Source: an uncultured Candidatus Saccharibacteria bacterium
GTDB taxonomy: Bacteria > Patescibacteriota > Dojkabacteria > JAOAGR01
Direction: 5' to 3'
Assembly (NCBI GenBank): GCA_964503755.1
Contig: CAZDBO010000002.1
Coordinates: 64,261 to 128,260, forward strand
DNA length: 64,000 nt
A program made the position numbers and the translations under genes. This document shows positions 19,503 to 31,117 of the stretch, in pieces; position 1 is the first letter of the stretch, and the number at the start of each line of letters is the position of its first letter. The notes under the pieces were generated by a model. The model was not told the origin of the DNA. It did not search any database and saw only the letters and a list, made by a program, of their open reading frames with translations.

Positions 19503-21413
19503 ATGATCAAAAAAATCAATGGCAAAGTAACAAGTATATTTGGAGACGATATAAACACCGATGACGTAATACCAGCATGGACGTTACAAGAGTCCACAGA
19601 AAGAGGATTTTTTGCCCAATATGCTTTTGAAAAATACGATGCAGAATTTGTAAATAGATGTAAACAAACCGATAAAAATATAGTTGTAGCGGGCAAGAAT
19701 TTTGCTTGCGGATCATCCAGAGAACAAGCTGTTTATGCATTGCAAGGAAATAATATTGTTGCGGTAATTGCTGAGTCATATCCTGATATTTTTTATCGTA
19801 ATTCATTAAATAATGGATTAGTATTGATTACGCTTCCAGATACATCAATATTTAAAGTGAATGATGAGATAGCAATAGATCTAGAAAATAAAACAATAAC
19901 AATCAACAATGGAAAAACAATAAATTTTGAAATGGACGATAGAGATAGAAATATATTCATGCAAGGTGGAGTAATAGGCCGAATTCGAAATGATGTAGAA
20001 TCAAAAATCAAAGGTGAAATAAAACTATCAGTTCATTATACAGATACAGAAGTTAAATATTCTAAACCTAAAACAATAGCAGAAAAAATTATATCTGAAC
20101 ATCTAGGATACGAAGTAAATCCCGGTGACAAAATAGAAAGATTACCGATAGATATATTGTTCTTCAACGAAGTTATAGCTCCTCCAGCAATAACTGAGTT
20201 TATTAATAACTTTTCAGATATCTACAAAAAGCATGGTCAAAAAGTAAAAGTGTTTGATCCAGAAAGAATTTTTCTAATACCTGATCATACAGTACCTTCG
20301 TCCTCTGTTGCAGTATCAGAAGGTATCGATCTCATGGAGAGATTCGCAGCAGAACAAGGAATAAAGTGTTATAAAGAGGGTGATGGAATAGAACACGTTG
20401 TACTTATCGAAGATGGTTATATTGTGCCAGGTGAAATAATACTAGGCACTGATTCTCACACATGTACAAATGGAGCATTAAACACATTTGCATTTGGTAT
20501 AGGTACAACTGACGGTACTTATGCATTAGCTACAGGGTACATTTATGATTTTATCGTGCCCGAAACTATAAGAATAAATCTTCATGGAGAACTTCCTAGT
20601 GGTGTGTATAGCAAAGATCTCATTTTAACAATAATTGGCCAACTAGGTGTAGATGGAGCTGTAAAAAAAGTGGTTGAATTTGGAGGACCTGGATTGAAAA
20701 ATCTATCTATGGATGCACGTACAACCATAGCCAATATGGCAGTAGAAATGGGAGGAAGAACCGCAATTTTTGAACCTGATGAAATACTAGAAAAATACGT
20801 CAAAGAAAGAGCCAAATTTAAGTATAAATTTTGCATGCCTGATCCTGATGCACAATATGTACAGGTTTTAGATATCGAGATGAGCACGATAGAACCAGTT
20901 GTAGCATTTCCTCATAAACCATCAAATGTAACCGCAATATCAAAAATTGATGAGTATATTGCTAAATCACAAGAAATAAATGCTGTTGACTTTCCGGCAC
21001 TAACAGATGTAAAAATCACTGATGCGTTTTTAGGAGCATGTACAAATGGAAGATATGAAGATTTTGTAGAAGCGGCAAAAATAATAAAAGGTAGAAAAGT
21101 TCATCCATTTGTGAATTTTGTTGTAATACCAGCATCAAGAAAAGTTTATAATAGACTTTTGAAAGAAGGAATTTTAGAAATTTTTGCAGAAGCTGGAGCA
21201 AATATAGAATCATCAAACTGTGGACCATGTTTTGGTAAACACATGGGAGTAGTAGGGAAAGGAGCAAAAATTATTTCTTCATCTAATAGAAATTATATCG
21301 GTAGAATGGGATCGAATGAGGCATATATATTTTTAGCCGCACCATCAACGGTAACTGCAGCAGCTATAGCAGGAGAGATCGTAGATCCGAGAAAATTTTT
21401 AGAAAATAATTAA
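19503..21413 (+). CDS. leuDC: fused aconitase-family dehydratase, small (LeuD-like swivel) domain N-terminal to large (LeuC-like) domain: 3-isopropylmalate/homoaconitate dehydratase-like
   Basis: The N-terminal GKVTSIFGDDINTDDVIPA... matches LeuD (GRAWVFGDNIDTDQIIP). The downstream ...IAEKIISEHLG..., ...ILGTDSHTCTNGALNTFAFGIGTTD... and Cys-containing segments match the LeuC/aconitase catalytic core. Confidence 0.7.
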   Translation: MIKKINGKVTSIFGDDINTDDVIPAWTLQESTERGFFAQYAFEKYDAEFVNRCKQTDKNIVVAGKNFACGSSREQAVYALQGNNIVAVIAESYPDIFYRNSLNNGLVLITLPDTSIFKVNDEIAIDLENKTITINNGKTINFEMDDRDRNIFMQGGVIGRIRNDVESKIKGEIKLSVHYTDTEVKYSKPKTIAEKIISEHLGYEVNPGDKIERLPIDILFFNEVIAPPAITEFINNFSDIYKKHGQKVKVFDPERIFLIPDHTVPSSSVAVSEGIDLMERFAAEQGIKCYKEGDGIEHVVLIEDGYIVPGEIILGTDSHTCTNGALNTFAFGIGTTDGTYALATGYIYDFIVPETIRINLHGELPSGVYSKDLILTIIGQLGVDGAVKKVVEFGGPGLKNLSMDARTTIANMAVEMGGRTAIFEPDEILEKYVKERAKFKYKFCMPDPDAQYVQVLDIEMSTIEPVVAFPHKPSNVTAISKIDEYIAKSQEINAVDFPALTDVKITDAFLGACTNGRYEDFVEAAKIIKGRKVHPFVNFVVIPASRKVYNRLLKEGILEIFAEAGANIESSNCGPCFGKHMGVVGKGAKIISSSNRNYIGRMGSNEAYIFLAAPSTVTAAAIAGEIVDPRKFLENN

Positions 21414-21423
21414 AAATACAATT

Positions 21424-22512
21424 ATGTCTAATCAAAATAATCAAAAAGAATTTAATATAGCCGTACTACCAGGAGATGGAGTAGGGCCCGAAGTAATCAA
21501 TGAAGCAATAAAAGTTTTAAATAAAATATCTGAAAAATTTGGTATTAAATTTAACTATCAAGAAGGATACATAGGTGCGCAGGCTATCTATAAATATAAT
21601 TCAGTGCTTCCTGATGAAACCAAAGAAATAGTTGAAAATGCAGATGCAATACTTTTTGGTGCTGTAGGTGATCCTGCATTTGATAAAGATCCAAATGCAA
21701 AAGTCAGACCTGAGCAAGGAATATTACAATTACGAAAATTACTAAATTTATATGCAAATATCAGACCTATCAAAACGTATAAACAATTATATCCAAAATC
21801 ACCATTAAAAGAAGAAATCATTAATGGTGTAGATTTTGTAGTAATAAGAGAATTAACAGGAGGTATTTACTTTGGTGAACCGAGAGGTAGAACTGAGAAC
21901 AATAAAAAAGCATTTGATACATGTACATACTCTGAAGAAGAAATCATTAGAGTAGGTAAAATAGCCTTTGAAATGGCACGAAAACGTAGAAACAAAGTCA
22001 CTGTTGTTGACAAATCAAACGTATTGGCAACATCTAGATTGTGGAAAGAGGTGATTAATAATTTGCATAAAGAATATAGTGATGTAAATTTAGAATTTTT
22101 ATACGTAGACAATGCGGCTATGCAAATAATACGCAGACCTGCAGATTTTGATGTAATCCTTACAGAAAACATGTTTGGTGATATTTTGACTGATGAAGCA
22201 TCTGTTATCACTGGATCCATAGGTATGTTACCATCATCATCAATAGGCGAGAAGGATGGGAAAAGACGAGGACTTTTTGAGCCAATACATGGATCTTACC
22301 CCGAAGGTGCAGGTAAAAATATAGCCAATCCTATTGGTACAATATTATCTGCCGCAGATATGCTTGATTTCTTGGGATTATATGAAGCATCAAAAGCTAT
22401 CCGTAATGGTGTAGATAAAATCCTTGATGATGGAATATTTACTATGGATATAGCAAGTGAAAATTATGTAAGTTGTTCTAAGATGGGAGAAGAAATAGTA
22501 AACAGAATTTGA
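21424..22512 (+). CDS. leuB: 3-isopropylmalate dehydrogenase family (LeuB/ICDH/HICDH) protein
   Basis: The motifs IAVLPGDGVGPEV, NLYANIRP, IRELTGGIYFG, DNAAMQ, ENMFGDILTD and GSYPEGAGKNIANP are present. Confidence 0.8.
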   Translation: MSNQNNQKEFNIAVLPGDGVGPEVINEAIKVLNKISEKFGIKFNYQEGYIGAQAIYKYNSVLPDETKEIVENADAILFGAVGDPAFDKDPNAKVRPEQGILQLRKLLNLYANIRPIKTYKQLYPKSPLKEEIINGVDFVVIRELTGGIYFGEPRGRTENNKKAFDTCTYSEEEIIRVGKIAFEMARKRRNKVTVVDKSNVLATSRLWKEVINNLHKEYSDVNLEFLYVDNAAMQIIRRPADFDVILTENMFGDILTDEASVITGSIGMLPSSSIGEKDGKRRGLFEPIHGSYPEGAGKNIANPIGTILSAADMLDFLGLYEASKAIRNGVDKILDDGIFTMDIASENYVSCSKMGEEIVNRI

Positions 22513-22920
22513 AAAATTAATATTACAGGATATTATACAATTTCAATTAATATTCTTATAAATGGTATATTGCTTATTTAATTCATGTATATAACCCAAT
22601 TACTAAAAATATCTCACTCTTTGTAACACTTATGTTCTTGTATAAAAAATTTATATGAAAGATAAGAAATAGTCTTGTCTCATTATCATTTAAAAGTATA
22701 TTTATCACTTTGCTTGAAAAGGTATATATCTTTTCAACATTTAAGAATCTATACAACATGAATCAGCAAATAAAACGTAATCCGTTTAATAATCTAACTA
22801 ACATGAAAATATGATAACAAAACATCAAAAAATTTTAATATTCAGGTGTTAGAATGGTAATATTAAATATTGATTAATTGACTACACCATATAATCAAAT
22901 TTGTACATTTTTATTGGAGT

Positions 22921-23334
22921 TTAGCTCTTAGGTCTCTTCGCTCCGTACTTAGACCTTGCACGTTTTCTATTTTCTACTGCGGCAGCATCAAGAGTACCCC
23001 TAACAATGGTATACTTAACACCGATAAGATCTTTAACTCTTCCCGATCTAACCAATACAACAGAGTGTTCTTGTAAGTTGTGACCGATACCCGGAATGTA
23101 TGCCGTCACATACATTTTATTTGATAACCTTACCTTAGCTATCTTTCGCAAAGCAGAGTTCGGCTTTTTGGGTGTTGTTGTTCTTACAATTACACAAACT
23201 CCTCTTTTGAAAGGATTATTTGCTAATGTAGTTTTACGAGTGTTCTGATTAAAATTGGTTCTCAATGCCAGAATTTTAATCTTTTCTTTCTTTTGTTTTC
23301 TTGGTTTTCTTACTAGTTGACTAATTCTTGCCAT
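22921..23334 (-). CDS. rpsL: 30S ribosomal protein S12
   Basis: ...[21 protein letters not shown]...[36 protein letters not shown]... Confidence 0.9.
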   Translation of the reverse strand: MARISQLVRKPRKQKKEKIKILALRTNFNQNTRKTTLANNPFKRGVCVIVRTTTPKKPNSALRKIAKVRLSNKMYVTAYIPGIGHNLQEHSVVLVRSGRVKDLIGVKYTIVRGTLDAAAVENRKRARSKYGAKRPKS

Positions 23335-23375
23335 ATTTTTTAGTATTTTATCATTAGATTTATTTTCATCAAAAT

Positions 23376-26300
23376 TTAATAAACAAAATCTAGTTCATCA
23401 AGATTTAGTCTAGCCGCCTCTCCAACAGGTATTTTTCTACCCATGATTACGTTTTCTTTTAGACCTATTAAATAATCTTTTTTACCCATAATAGCTACAT
23501 CTGTAAGTACACGCACTTGCTCTTGGAAAGATGCTGCAGATAAGAATGACTCTGTCTTCAGTGAAGCTTGTGTAATACCAAGTAATACTTCTGAATATTT
23601 TACTACTTTTTTTCCTTCACTTCGCAATTTATTATTTATTATTCTAAGAACATGTTTATCTCTTATCTCTCCAATAACAAGATTGGTATCACCGGGATCT
23701 TCAACTTTCACACATCTACCCATCTGGGCGACCAATACTTCAAACATCTTATCAGCGATATTTATACCCTGCAAAGAATAAACTTTTTTAACTTCTTGGA
23801 TAATATAAAGCTGCGCTTGTAACAATCCTTTTGTCTGCAATAGGAGTCTAGGATCAATATTTCCCATTGTGATAGGTGTACCTGGTTCAATAGTATCACC
23901 ATCAGAAACTAATAACTCTTGATCATAAGAGACTTTATATTGTACTTGTTCTTGTATTGTAGTTTCTACCAAAACACGATCTGATTTTATAGACACTTTA
24001 CCACTACGGGTTGATCTGATCTCTTCACCATTTGCCTTTATAATGATTAAATCACCTGCTTTTACCGTTCTTGTACGTGGTTTTATCATTAGTTTATCCT
24101 CTTCAGTGTACGTATAATCAATAACATCGACTATAGTATTTGTTATTGTAACCTGATATTGTTTGTTTAGATCATCTTTTTTGATACTTACTTGTCCACC
24201 AATCTCTGAAATAATAGCAACTCCTTTTGGTATTCTTGCTTCAAACAACTCTGTTACTCTTGGAAGACCCATAGTAATATCTCCCGATGCAGAAGCAGCT
24301 CCTGATTTGTGCTTCGTGTTTAAAACTAACTGAGTCGCCGGTGCTCCAACAGCCTGTCCAGATATAATACCTACAGCTTTACCTATTTCTACAAGATCGT
24401 TTGTTGAATAATCAAGACCATAACATTGTTGACAAACTCCAAAAAGTGTTTTACAGGTTAAAGGAGAGCGGACAAATACTTCATTTATACCCAATGACAC
24501 TATCTTTTTTGCAAGACTTCTATCAATCATTTGGCCTTTTGTAGCAATAGTATTGCCTTCATGTACAACATCAGCCTGTAAAACTCTTCCTCTAATTCTT
24601 TCTACAAATGGCAATCCACCTAATACATCATCCTCGGCTCGTATCCAAATCCCATCTTCGCTTTTACAGTCTTCCTCACGAACAAGTACATCGTGGGAGA
24701 CTTCACACAATTTTCTAGTCAAATAACCAGCATCAGCTGTTCTAAGAGCAGTATCTGCCAAACCTTTTCTAGCTCCTTTTGCTGAAACGAAATATTCAAA
24801 TGCAGGAAAACCACGTGAATAGTTAGATTTTATCGGTAATTCTACAATTTTCTGATTAATATCAAAAACCAATCCCTTTGCTCCAACTAACTGTGATATA
24901 ACATCATAGGAAAATCTTGCTCCAGAGTCTGCGATCTCTTTCAATGCATTATTTTTTTGCGAGTAGTATGATTTAACAATATTTTCAATATTTGGAATAA
25001 TTTCATTCAACCATAATTTTGAAAATTGCATCGATTTATCAAAATCAGTAAGCAATCCAAGAGAAGAATAATAATTGAGCTCTTGAGTTTTCTTTATACC
25101 TTCAGCGATTAATTCTTTGATTCCTCCAGGCTCTACAAGATCACCACTTCCTATACTTACCCCCATCCTAGTAGAAAGATCAAAACCTAATCTAATTACT
25201 TTATCAAGTGATTGTACGATCTCATCGGGTGTGTATTGATCTGCTATTTCGGCATAAATCTTTCGTATAGCTTTTCTATCAATTAATGCATTGACAAATG
25301 GATATCTCTCAGGCAAAAGTTCGTTAAATAAAATTCTTCCTACTGTAGTATCAACAAAATTACCTTCAATAAACACTTTTACTTTATCTCTCAAACCTAT
25401 TTTGCCTTGTTCATAAGCTGCTATAGCCAATTTAGGAGTGGAGAAGAAATAAGGTTTCTCACTTTCAATATAAGTCAAATAATAAAGAGCATGGACAAGA
25501 CTCATACGAGGACTGAATAAGAAATCACCTGAACCTGCATTTAGAAGATTTTGCTGTGTGAACATTTTTGTTTTTACTTCTTCTATAGCATCTGGACTCA
25601 AAGGAACATGTACAGCCATTTGGTCACCATCAAAGTCTGCATTGTAACCTTCGGTAATCAATGGATGGATACGAATGGCATCTCCATCTACCAATACAGG
25701 ATAGTATGCTTGAATACTTTGTTTATGTAGTGTTGGAGCACGATTTATCATCACGGGATGATTATGCGTAACGTCAGCTAATATATTCCACACAAACTCA
25801 GGAGGATTACTCTGTTCTAAAATATTTTTCGCACTTCTTACATTGCTTGCATGCCCACGTTCAATTAATTGATAAATGACAAAAGGTTTGAAAAGCTCCA
25901 ATGCCATGTGTTTTGGTATACCAACTTGATTTAGATTCAGATCTCTTCCAGCACCTACAATTACAGAACGTCCAGAATAATCAACTCTTTTCCCCAAGAG
26001 ATTTTGTCTAAACCTTCCTTCTTTTCCTCTAAGATTTTCAGAAAGTGATTTCAATGGCATTTTTCTCTTATTGACAACAACAGCACCTACTTGTTTGTGC
26101 TCATTATCAAGAAGTGAATCTACAGCTTCTTGCAACATTCTTTTTTCGTTACGCAGAATAATTTCAGGAGCACCAATTTCAATTAGTCTTTTCAAACGGT
26201 TATTCCTATTTATAACTCTTCGATAAAGCTCATTTAAATCGGCTGTTGCAAACCTACCACCAGAAATCTGCACTATAGGTCTTAAATCAGCAGGAAGTAC

Positions 26301-27272
26301 TGGTAGTACCTCCAAAACCATCCATTCGGGTCTTATATTGTTTCTAATAAAACCTTGTATTAATCTAAGTCTCGCTAAGGCTTTTACTCGTCTTTGTAAA
26401 TTTTTTGACTTTGCTTCTTTTTTTAATTCTTCTGCTAACTCTTCAAGATTCATTTTTCTCAATAAATACTGTACTGCCTCTGCTCCGATTTTATAGTCAA
26501 AAAATATCAAGTTTTTCTCTTCGAGAAGAATTCTTTCTTCTTCAGATATAGTTTCACCTACATTTAATCTTGATACTAGATCTTTAAGCTCTTGATATTG
26601 TTTTTCTATCTTTTTACGTCTTTCAAAAGATTCTTCTTTTAACTTCGCAATTTCGATACGCAATTTGTGATCTAATTCATCAATAAGAAAATCCCTCTCC
26701 TCTTCTGACGAATTCTTAGCTCTTATCTCTTTTATTTTCTCTTCTAATTCCTGTTTTTTCTTGTTTATCTCATCCTCAACTTCCCTATCTAAATTTTGTA
26801 ATGCATTAGCTAGTTCTTCTTCGACAGTAACTATTGCATCTTGTTTTGCACCTGGATCTGATTCTACAACCAAATATCTTGAAAAATAAACGACAGCTAA
26901 CAATTTTTTGTGTGGAATATCTAGCAGTAAAGAAACTTTTTGATGAGCTGTGGCCATAAACCACACATGTGTAACAGGAGCAGCTAGTCTAATATGTCCC
27001 ATTCGTTCCCTACGAACTATTTTCGATGTTACCTCAACACCGCATTTGTCACAAATTACACCTTTATACTTTACTTTCTTATACTTTCCACAAAAACATT
27101 CATAATCTTTCGTAGGACCAAAAATCCTTTCACACATCAAACCATCAGGCTCTGCCCTGTGTGTACGATAGTTTATGGTCTCTGCTTTTTTGACTTCACC
27201 ATGTGACCAGTTTAATATTTCCTGAGGTGAAGCGAGCTTTATTTGTAGATATTTTATCGCTGTGTTTTTCAT
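23376..27272 (-). CDS. rpoC: DNA-directed RNA polymerase subunit beta'
   Basis: A 1298-aa protein with the zinc-binding CxxC pair near the N-terminus and NADFDGDQM in the catalytic site. It ends in TAA. Confidence 0.95.
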   Translation of the reverse strand: MKNTAIKYLQIKLASPQEILNWSHGEVKKAETINYRTHRAEPDGLMCERIFGPTKDYECFCGKYKKVKYKGVICDKCGVEVTSKIVRRERMGHIRLAAPVTHVWFMATAHQKVSLLLDIPHKKLLAVVYFSRYLVVESDPGAKQDAIVTVEEELANALQNLDREVEDEINKKKQELEEKIKEIRAKNSSEEERDFLIDELDHKLRIEIAKLKEESFERRKKIEKQYQELKDLVSRLNVGETISEEERILLEEKNLIFFDYKIGAEAVQYLLRKMNLEELAEELKKEAKSKNLQRRVKALARLRLIQGFIRNNIRPEWMVLEVLPVLPADLRPIVQISGGRFATADLNELYRRVINRNNRLKRLIEIGAPEIILRNEKRMLQEAVDSLLDNEHKQVGAVVVNKRKMPLKSLSENLRGKEGRFRQNLLGKRVDYSGRSVIVGAGRDLNLNQVGIPKHMALELFKPFVIYQLIERGHASNVRSAKNILEQSNPPEFVWNILADVTHNHPVMINRAPTLHKQSIQAYYPVLVDGDAIRIHPLITEGYNADFDGDQMAVHVPLSPDAIEEVKTKMFTQQNLLNAGSGDFLFSPRMSLVHALYYLTYIESEKPYFFSTPKLAIAAYEQGKIGLRDKVKVFIEGNFVDTTVGRILFNELLPERYPFVNALIDRKAIRKIYAEIADQYTPDEIVQSLDKVIRLGFDLSTRMGVSIGSGDLVEPGGIKELIAEGIKKTQELNYYSSLGLLTDFDKSMQFSKLWLNEIIPNIENIVKSYYSQKNNALKEIADSGARFSYDVISQLVGAKGLVFDINQKIVELPIKSNYSRGFPAFEYFVSAKGARKGLADTALRTADAGYLTRKLCEVSHDVLVREEDCKSEDGIWIRAEDDVLGGLPFVERIRGRVLQADVVHEGNTIATKGQMIDRSLAKKIVSLGINEVFVRSPLTCKTLFGVCQQCYGLDYSTNDLVEIGKAVGIISGQAVGAPATQLVLNTKHKSGAASASGDITMGLPRVTELFEARIPKGVAIISEIGGQVSIKKDDLNKQYQVTITNTIVDVIDYTYTEEDKLMIKPRTRTVKAGDLIIIKANGEEIRSTRSGKVSIKSDRVLVETTIQEQVQYKVSYDQELLVSDGDTIEPGTPITMGNIDPRLLLQTKGLLQAQLYIIQEVKKVYSLQGINIADKMFEVLVAQMGRCVKVEDPGDTNLVIGEIRDKHVLRIINNKLRSEGKKVVKYSEVLLGITQASLKTESFLSAASFQEQVRVLTDVAIMGKKDYLIGLKENVIMGRKIPVGEAARLNLDELDFVY

Positions 27273-27274
27273 AA

Positions 27275-30200
27275 TTATTTATTTTCGTCTTCAATTTGTA
27301 CGTTTGAACCACCTTTTTCTTTTTGCGTGATTATAGAATCTGAATGTGAAGTTCTATTTAGTGTCAGTTTTATTTCTTCGTTGTTTTCGTCATAAATACC
27401 TGGATTTAGGCCAAGAGATTTAAGTTCATGTATAAATACCCTGAAAGATTCGGGTATTCCATCAATTTTTATCTCTTTACCATGAATAATAGCTTCATAT
27501 ACCTTATCTCTTCCAATAACATCATCAGATTTCACTGTTAACATTTCTTGTAAAACTGTTGGTACACCATGAGCTTCAAGTGCCCAAACTTCCATCTCCC
27601 CAAATCTCTGACCACCAAATTGAGCTTTTCCTCCTAATGGTTGTTGAGTAATTACTGTATAAGAACCAGTAGATCGTGCGTGTATCTTTTCCTCCGCAAT
27701 ATGTGTAACTTTCAACAAATACTTGTATCCAACTGCAATCGGATTTGCATAGGCTTCACCGGTGCGACCATCATAAAGTACATATTTATCCTTTACATCA
27801 AATCCATTTTGCCTCAATAGTTCATCTAATTCTTCTTCATTTGGTTCTGTAAATGGATGTATAGCCAATTTTGTATTTAATGCTTCTGCTTTGAGTGATA
27901 AGCTCATTTCTTTTACAACAACAAAGTTTAGACGTTTCAAAAAGAGCGGATTGAAAATAATATCAATTGGAGTACCATCAGCAAGATGTGGCATATCTGA
28001 TTCAGGAATAATCTTTGGGATTACTCCTTTCTGTCCTCCACGATCACATAATTTATCTCCAATATTTACCTCATGCAAATGAGCAACTTTTACCCTTACT
28101 TGTTTTAAAACACCGTTTGGAAGTTCATCGTTGTTTCTATCTAAAACTATAGTATCAATAACAACACCATATTCACCATGAGGTACACGCAATGACACAT
28201 CCATCACATCATAAGCACTTTCACCAAATATTGCTCTTAATAACTTTTCTTCTGGAGTTAGTTCGACTTCGCCCTTTGGTGCAATACAACCAACCAAAAT
28301 ATCCCCTGCCTTGACTTTTGCCCCGATTCTGACAAGCCCATCTTCATTTAATTTAGCAAGTAACTCTTCGCTGACTCCAGGAATATCACGTGTTATTTGT
28401 TCAATACCAAGCTTTGTTTGCCTTACATCAAAAGTGTAAGTTTTTATAATTACAGAAGCGAGTTTATGATTCTTTACAAGTCTATCAGAAACAACGTAAC
28501 CATCTTCGAAATCTAACCCATCAAAATACATACAAGCTGCTAATACATTTGTCCCCACTGCTATCTCTCCATCTTGTGAAGATGCGAAATCAGCAATCAA
28601 ATCACCTTTATTTACTTTTTGTCCTAGATCAACTGTGGGCCTTTGATGAATAAGAGTATTGTCGTTTGAACTTTGAAATTTATCCAAATAATAAGTCTTT
28701 TCTCCACTTTTTCCAGATATTACAATCTTTTTAGAATCAACATATTTTACCGTTCCATCTAGGTCAGAATAAATTGCTCTGCCTGATAATCTGCAAATAT
28801 CATCTTCTAAACCTGTTCCAACTATCGGAGCCTCCGGATATACCAAAGGCATAGCCTGTTTCATATTTGAAACCGCTATCTGATTTCGATCTACCGCTGT
28901 GTGATTTCCAAGTGGTAACAAAGAAAATACAACTCCAGCTGAAGATGCAGGATCTACATCAACATAATCTATCTCAAAAACTGATCCATCATAAAAATTA
29001 TTCCATGTACGGATAGGTACTACATCGTCTAATATGTTTCCATATTCATCAGTCCTGACATTTGCATCAGAAAATTTATAATCTTTTTCCAAATCAGCAT
29101 CCAAATATACAATTTCTGATGAAATATAAGGTCTAACCATCACAGTAGGATTTGAAAGTTTTTGTATTTGTTTAAATATTGACTCGTCTATAAATGTTCC
29201 TTTAGAAATTATATTTCCATTTATATCCAAATCTTCTGCTAATATTCTATTCATTGATTCTTCTATCTTAACAGCCTTAGATACTTTTCTATACGGTACC
29301 TCAATAAATCCATAGTCGTTGATCCTTGCAAATAGGGCAAGATGATTTATCAAACCAATATTTAATCCTTCAGGTGTTTCGGCAACACAAAATCTACCAT
29401 ATTGAGAATAATGCACATCACGGACAGACATCGTTGCGCTTTCTGATGTTAAACCACCAGGCCCTCCAACTGTGATATAACGCAGATTTGATTGTTCGGA
29501 TAAAACATTTTTCTGAGACATGAATCTTGAAAGTGGACTAGTTCCAAAAAAACTTTTGAATGCAGTCACAATCAGCGTCGGGTTCAAAATATCGGCGGGC
29601 ATAAGCAATTCATCAGATGAGTGAATACTCATTTTTTCTTTGATTGATCTTTCAAGCCTTTTAATAGCAGCATAAACAACTTCACCTAAAAGTTCGTTTA
29701 CTCTTCTAATTCTTCTATTTCCCAAGTGATCAGTATCATCTGGCATTTGATTGCCGTAATTGACATCCAACAACCTTTCAATAACACCGATTAGATCACT
29801 CGCAAAAAATTTATAATTATCTTCGCTTAATTCTCTTTTGTATTTTTCGCTTAATTTTTTGTTAAATTGATAGCGTCCCACGTCACCAAGATAGGTTCTC
29901 TGTGGATCAAACAACAATGATTCAATATATTGCTTAGCACTTTCTAAACTAGCCGTTACATCCGGCCTCATTCTATTGTAGATATCAAAAATCGCTGCAG
30001 GAGTTGAATTGGTAGGATCTTTAGCTAGAGTAGCTTCTATAATATTTACTTGATTTGGATTTACATTTACATGTCTAAACAAATTTAGTATATCTTCATT
30101 CGAGTTGTAACCCAAAGCACGCAAAAGAGTACACATATTGATCTTTGATCTCTTAGGCCCTAATTTTATGCTCATCACACCAGTTTTGCTTATGTCTATT

Positions 30201-30721
30201 GTAAACCAAGCACCTCTTTGTGGAATGATCTTAGCTAAATATAGCGGTAAGCCATTATAAAAAAGCCCGTTATGTAAAAATATTGCACCTTCTGATCTTA
30301 CAATTTGAAAAACTACAGCTCTTTCGTCACCATTTATAATAAAAGTACCTCTATCAGTCATTAACGGCACATCCCCTATAAACACCTGCTGTTCTTTTGC
30401 CTCGCCTGTTTGCAAATTGACAAGTCTAAATTTCCAATATAACGGAGCACTGTAAGTAAGTCCATTTCTTCTTGCTTTTACCACATCATGTTTTGGTTGC
30501 TTAAAAACAGGATCTAAAGTTTCTAGTGACCACAACTTTCCCGTCACATCCACAATAGGACTTATAGATCTAAACATCTCAACAAGATCTTTTTCCAAAA
30601 ACCTCTTATAAGCCTCTATCTGTGGCTCTACCAAAACAGGTATATCAAAACGTGTTTTATTTTTCGATACATCAAGCCTTTTATTATTAAAGGCACCCTT
30701 TGATTTTGTAACTTTGTTCAT
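27275..30721 (-). CDS. rpoB: DNA-directed RNA polymerase subunit beta
   Basis: A 1148-aa protein with the conserved beta-subunit blocks. It lies immediately upstream of rpoC on the same strand. Confidence 0.95.
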   Translation of the reverse strand: MNKVTKSKGAFNNKRLDVSKNKTRFDIPVLVEPQIEAYKRFLEKDLVEMFRSISPIVDVTGKLWSLETLDPVFKQPKHDVVKARRNGLTYSAPLYWKFRLVNLQTGEAKEQQVFIGDVPLMTDRGTFIINGDERAVVFQIVRSEGAIFLHNGLFYNGLPLYLAKIIPQRGAWFTIDISKTGVMSIKLGPKRSKINMCTLLRALGYNSNEDILNLFRHVNVNPNQVNIIEATLAKDPTNSTPAAIFDIYNRMRPDVTASLESAKQYIESLLFDPQRTYLGDVGRYQFNKKLSEKYKRELSEDNYKFFASDLIGVIERLLDVNYGNQMPDDTDHLGNRRIRRVNELLGEVVYAAIKRLERSIKEKMSIHSSDELLMPADILNPTLIVTAFKSFFGTSPLSRFMSQKNVLSEQSNLRYITVGGPGGLTSESATMSVRDVHYSQYGRFCVAETPEGLNIGLINHLALFARINDYGFIEVPYRKVSKAVKIEESMNRILAEDLDINGNIISKGTFIDESIFKQIQKLSNPTVMVRPYISSEIVYLDADLEKDYKFSDANVRTDEYGNILDDVVPIRTWNNFYDGSVFEIDYVDVDPASSAGVVFSLLPLGNHTAVDRNQIAVSNMKQAMPLVYPEAPIVGTGLEDDICRLSGRAIYSDLDGTVKYVDSKKIVISGKSGEKTYYLDKFQSSNDNTLIHQRPTVDLGQKVNKGDLIADFASSQDGEIAVGTNVLAACMYFDGLDFEDGYVVSDRLVKNHKLASVIIKTYTFDVRQTKLGIEQITRDIPGVSEELLAKLNEDGLVRIGAKVKAGDILVGCIAPKGEVELTPEEKLLRAIFGESAYDVMDVSLRVPHGEYGVVIDTIVLDRNNDELPNGVLKQVRVKVAHLHEVNIGDKLCDRGGQKGVIPKIIPESDMPHLADGTPIDIIFNPLFLKRLNFVVVKEMSLSLKAEALNTKLAIHPFTEPNEEELDELLRQNGFDVKDKYVLYDGRTGEAYANPIAVGYKYLLKVTHIAEEKIHARSTGSYTVITQQPLGGKAQFGGQRFGEMEVWALEAHGVPTVLQEMLTVKSDDVIGRDKVYEAIIHGKEIKIDGIPESFRVFIHELKSLGLNPGIYDENNEEIKLTLNRTSHSDSIITQKEKGGSNVQIEDENK

Positions 30722-30907
30722 ACTTTACTTGTGTTAATAAAATTTTAAATAGGCCTTTATAAAATAAAAAAAAACAAGTACAAAAAGCACTTGCAGATAA
30801 ACTAAAAATTAAAGGTTTTTTCCCTAGCTCAAACATTTACAAAGACTTAGGAAGTATAGCACAGTTTATAGATTTGTCAAATGTCTTGTGAACTGAGATT
30901 ATTTAGA

Positions 30908-31084
30908 TTATTTATCTACAACAATAACCCTGACCACTAAAGTATTATTTTGAACATATACAATTTCTAATACCGAACCACATACTGGACATTCTATGGT
31001 ATCTCCAACCTCAGCATTTACTAATTGTGTTTCAAATGCATTTTCGCACTCAGGACACTTACATGTATATCTTGTAACTGACAT
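30908..31084 (-). CDS. LysW-like zinc-ribbon small protein (58 aa), not in the supplied ORF track
   Basis: By hand translation: MSVTRYTCKCPECENAFETQLVNAEVGDTIECPVCGSVLEIVYVQNNTLVVRVIVVDK, ending in TAA. Two CPxC knuckles are spaced as in LysW/ArgW (CPECGAE...GE.VECP.CG.ELEVV). It lacks the acidic EDWGE carrier tail. Confidence 0.5.
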   Translation of the reverse strand: MSVTRYTCKCPECENAFETQLVNAEVGDTIECPVCGSVLEIVYVQNNTLVVRVIVVDK

Positions 31085-31117
31085 ATTTTTCTATTTTTTG
31101 TAAAATATTCTAAACTT

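Noticed and set aside
19516-22220. Several 70-120-aa minus-strand ORFs (19516..19806, 19793..20011, 20582..20887, 21016..21267, 21588..21821, 21867..22220)
   Set aside because: They are antisense to the strongly supported leuDC and leuB genes, and their translations are low-complexity.
22513-22920. tRNA or other structured RNA in AT-rich intergenic regions (also 39273-39978 and 59490-59798)
   Set aside because: No T-arm (GTTCGAATCC-like) or acceptor-stem patterns were found by eye. A weak CAGGTCC...AAG string near 39800 lacks the remaining SRP-RNA domain IV consensus. A covariance-model scan (tRNAscan/Infernal) would be needed to be certain.
26994-28082. Plus-strand ORFs 26994..27206 and 27891..28082
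   Set aside because: They lie inside rpoC and rpoB on the opposite strand and are chance ORFs.
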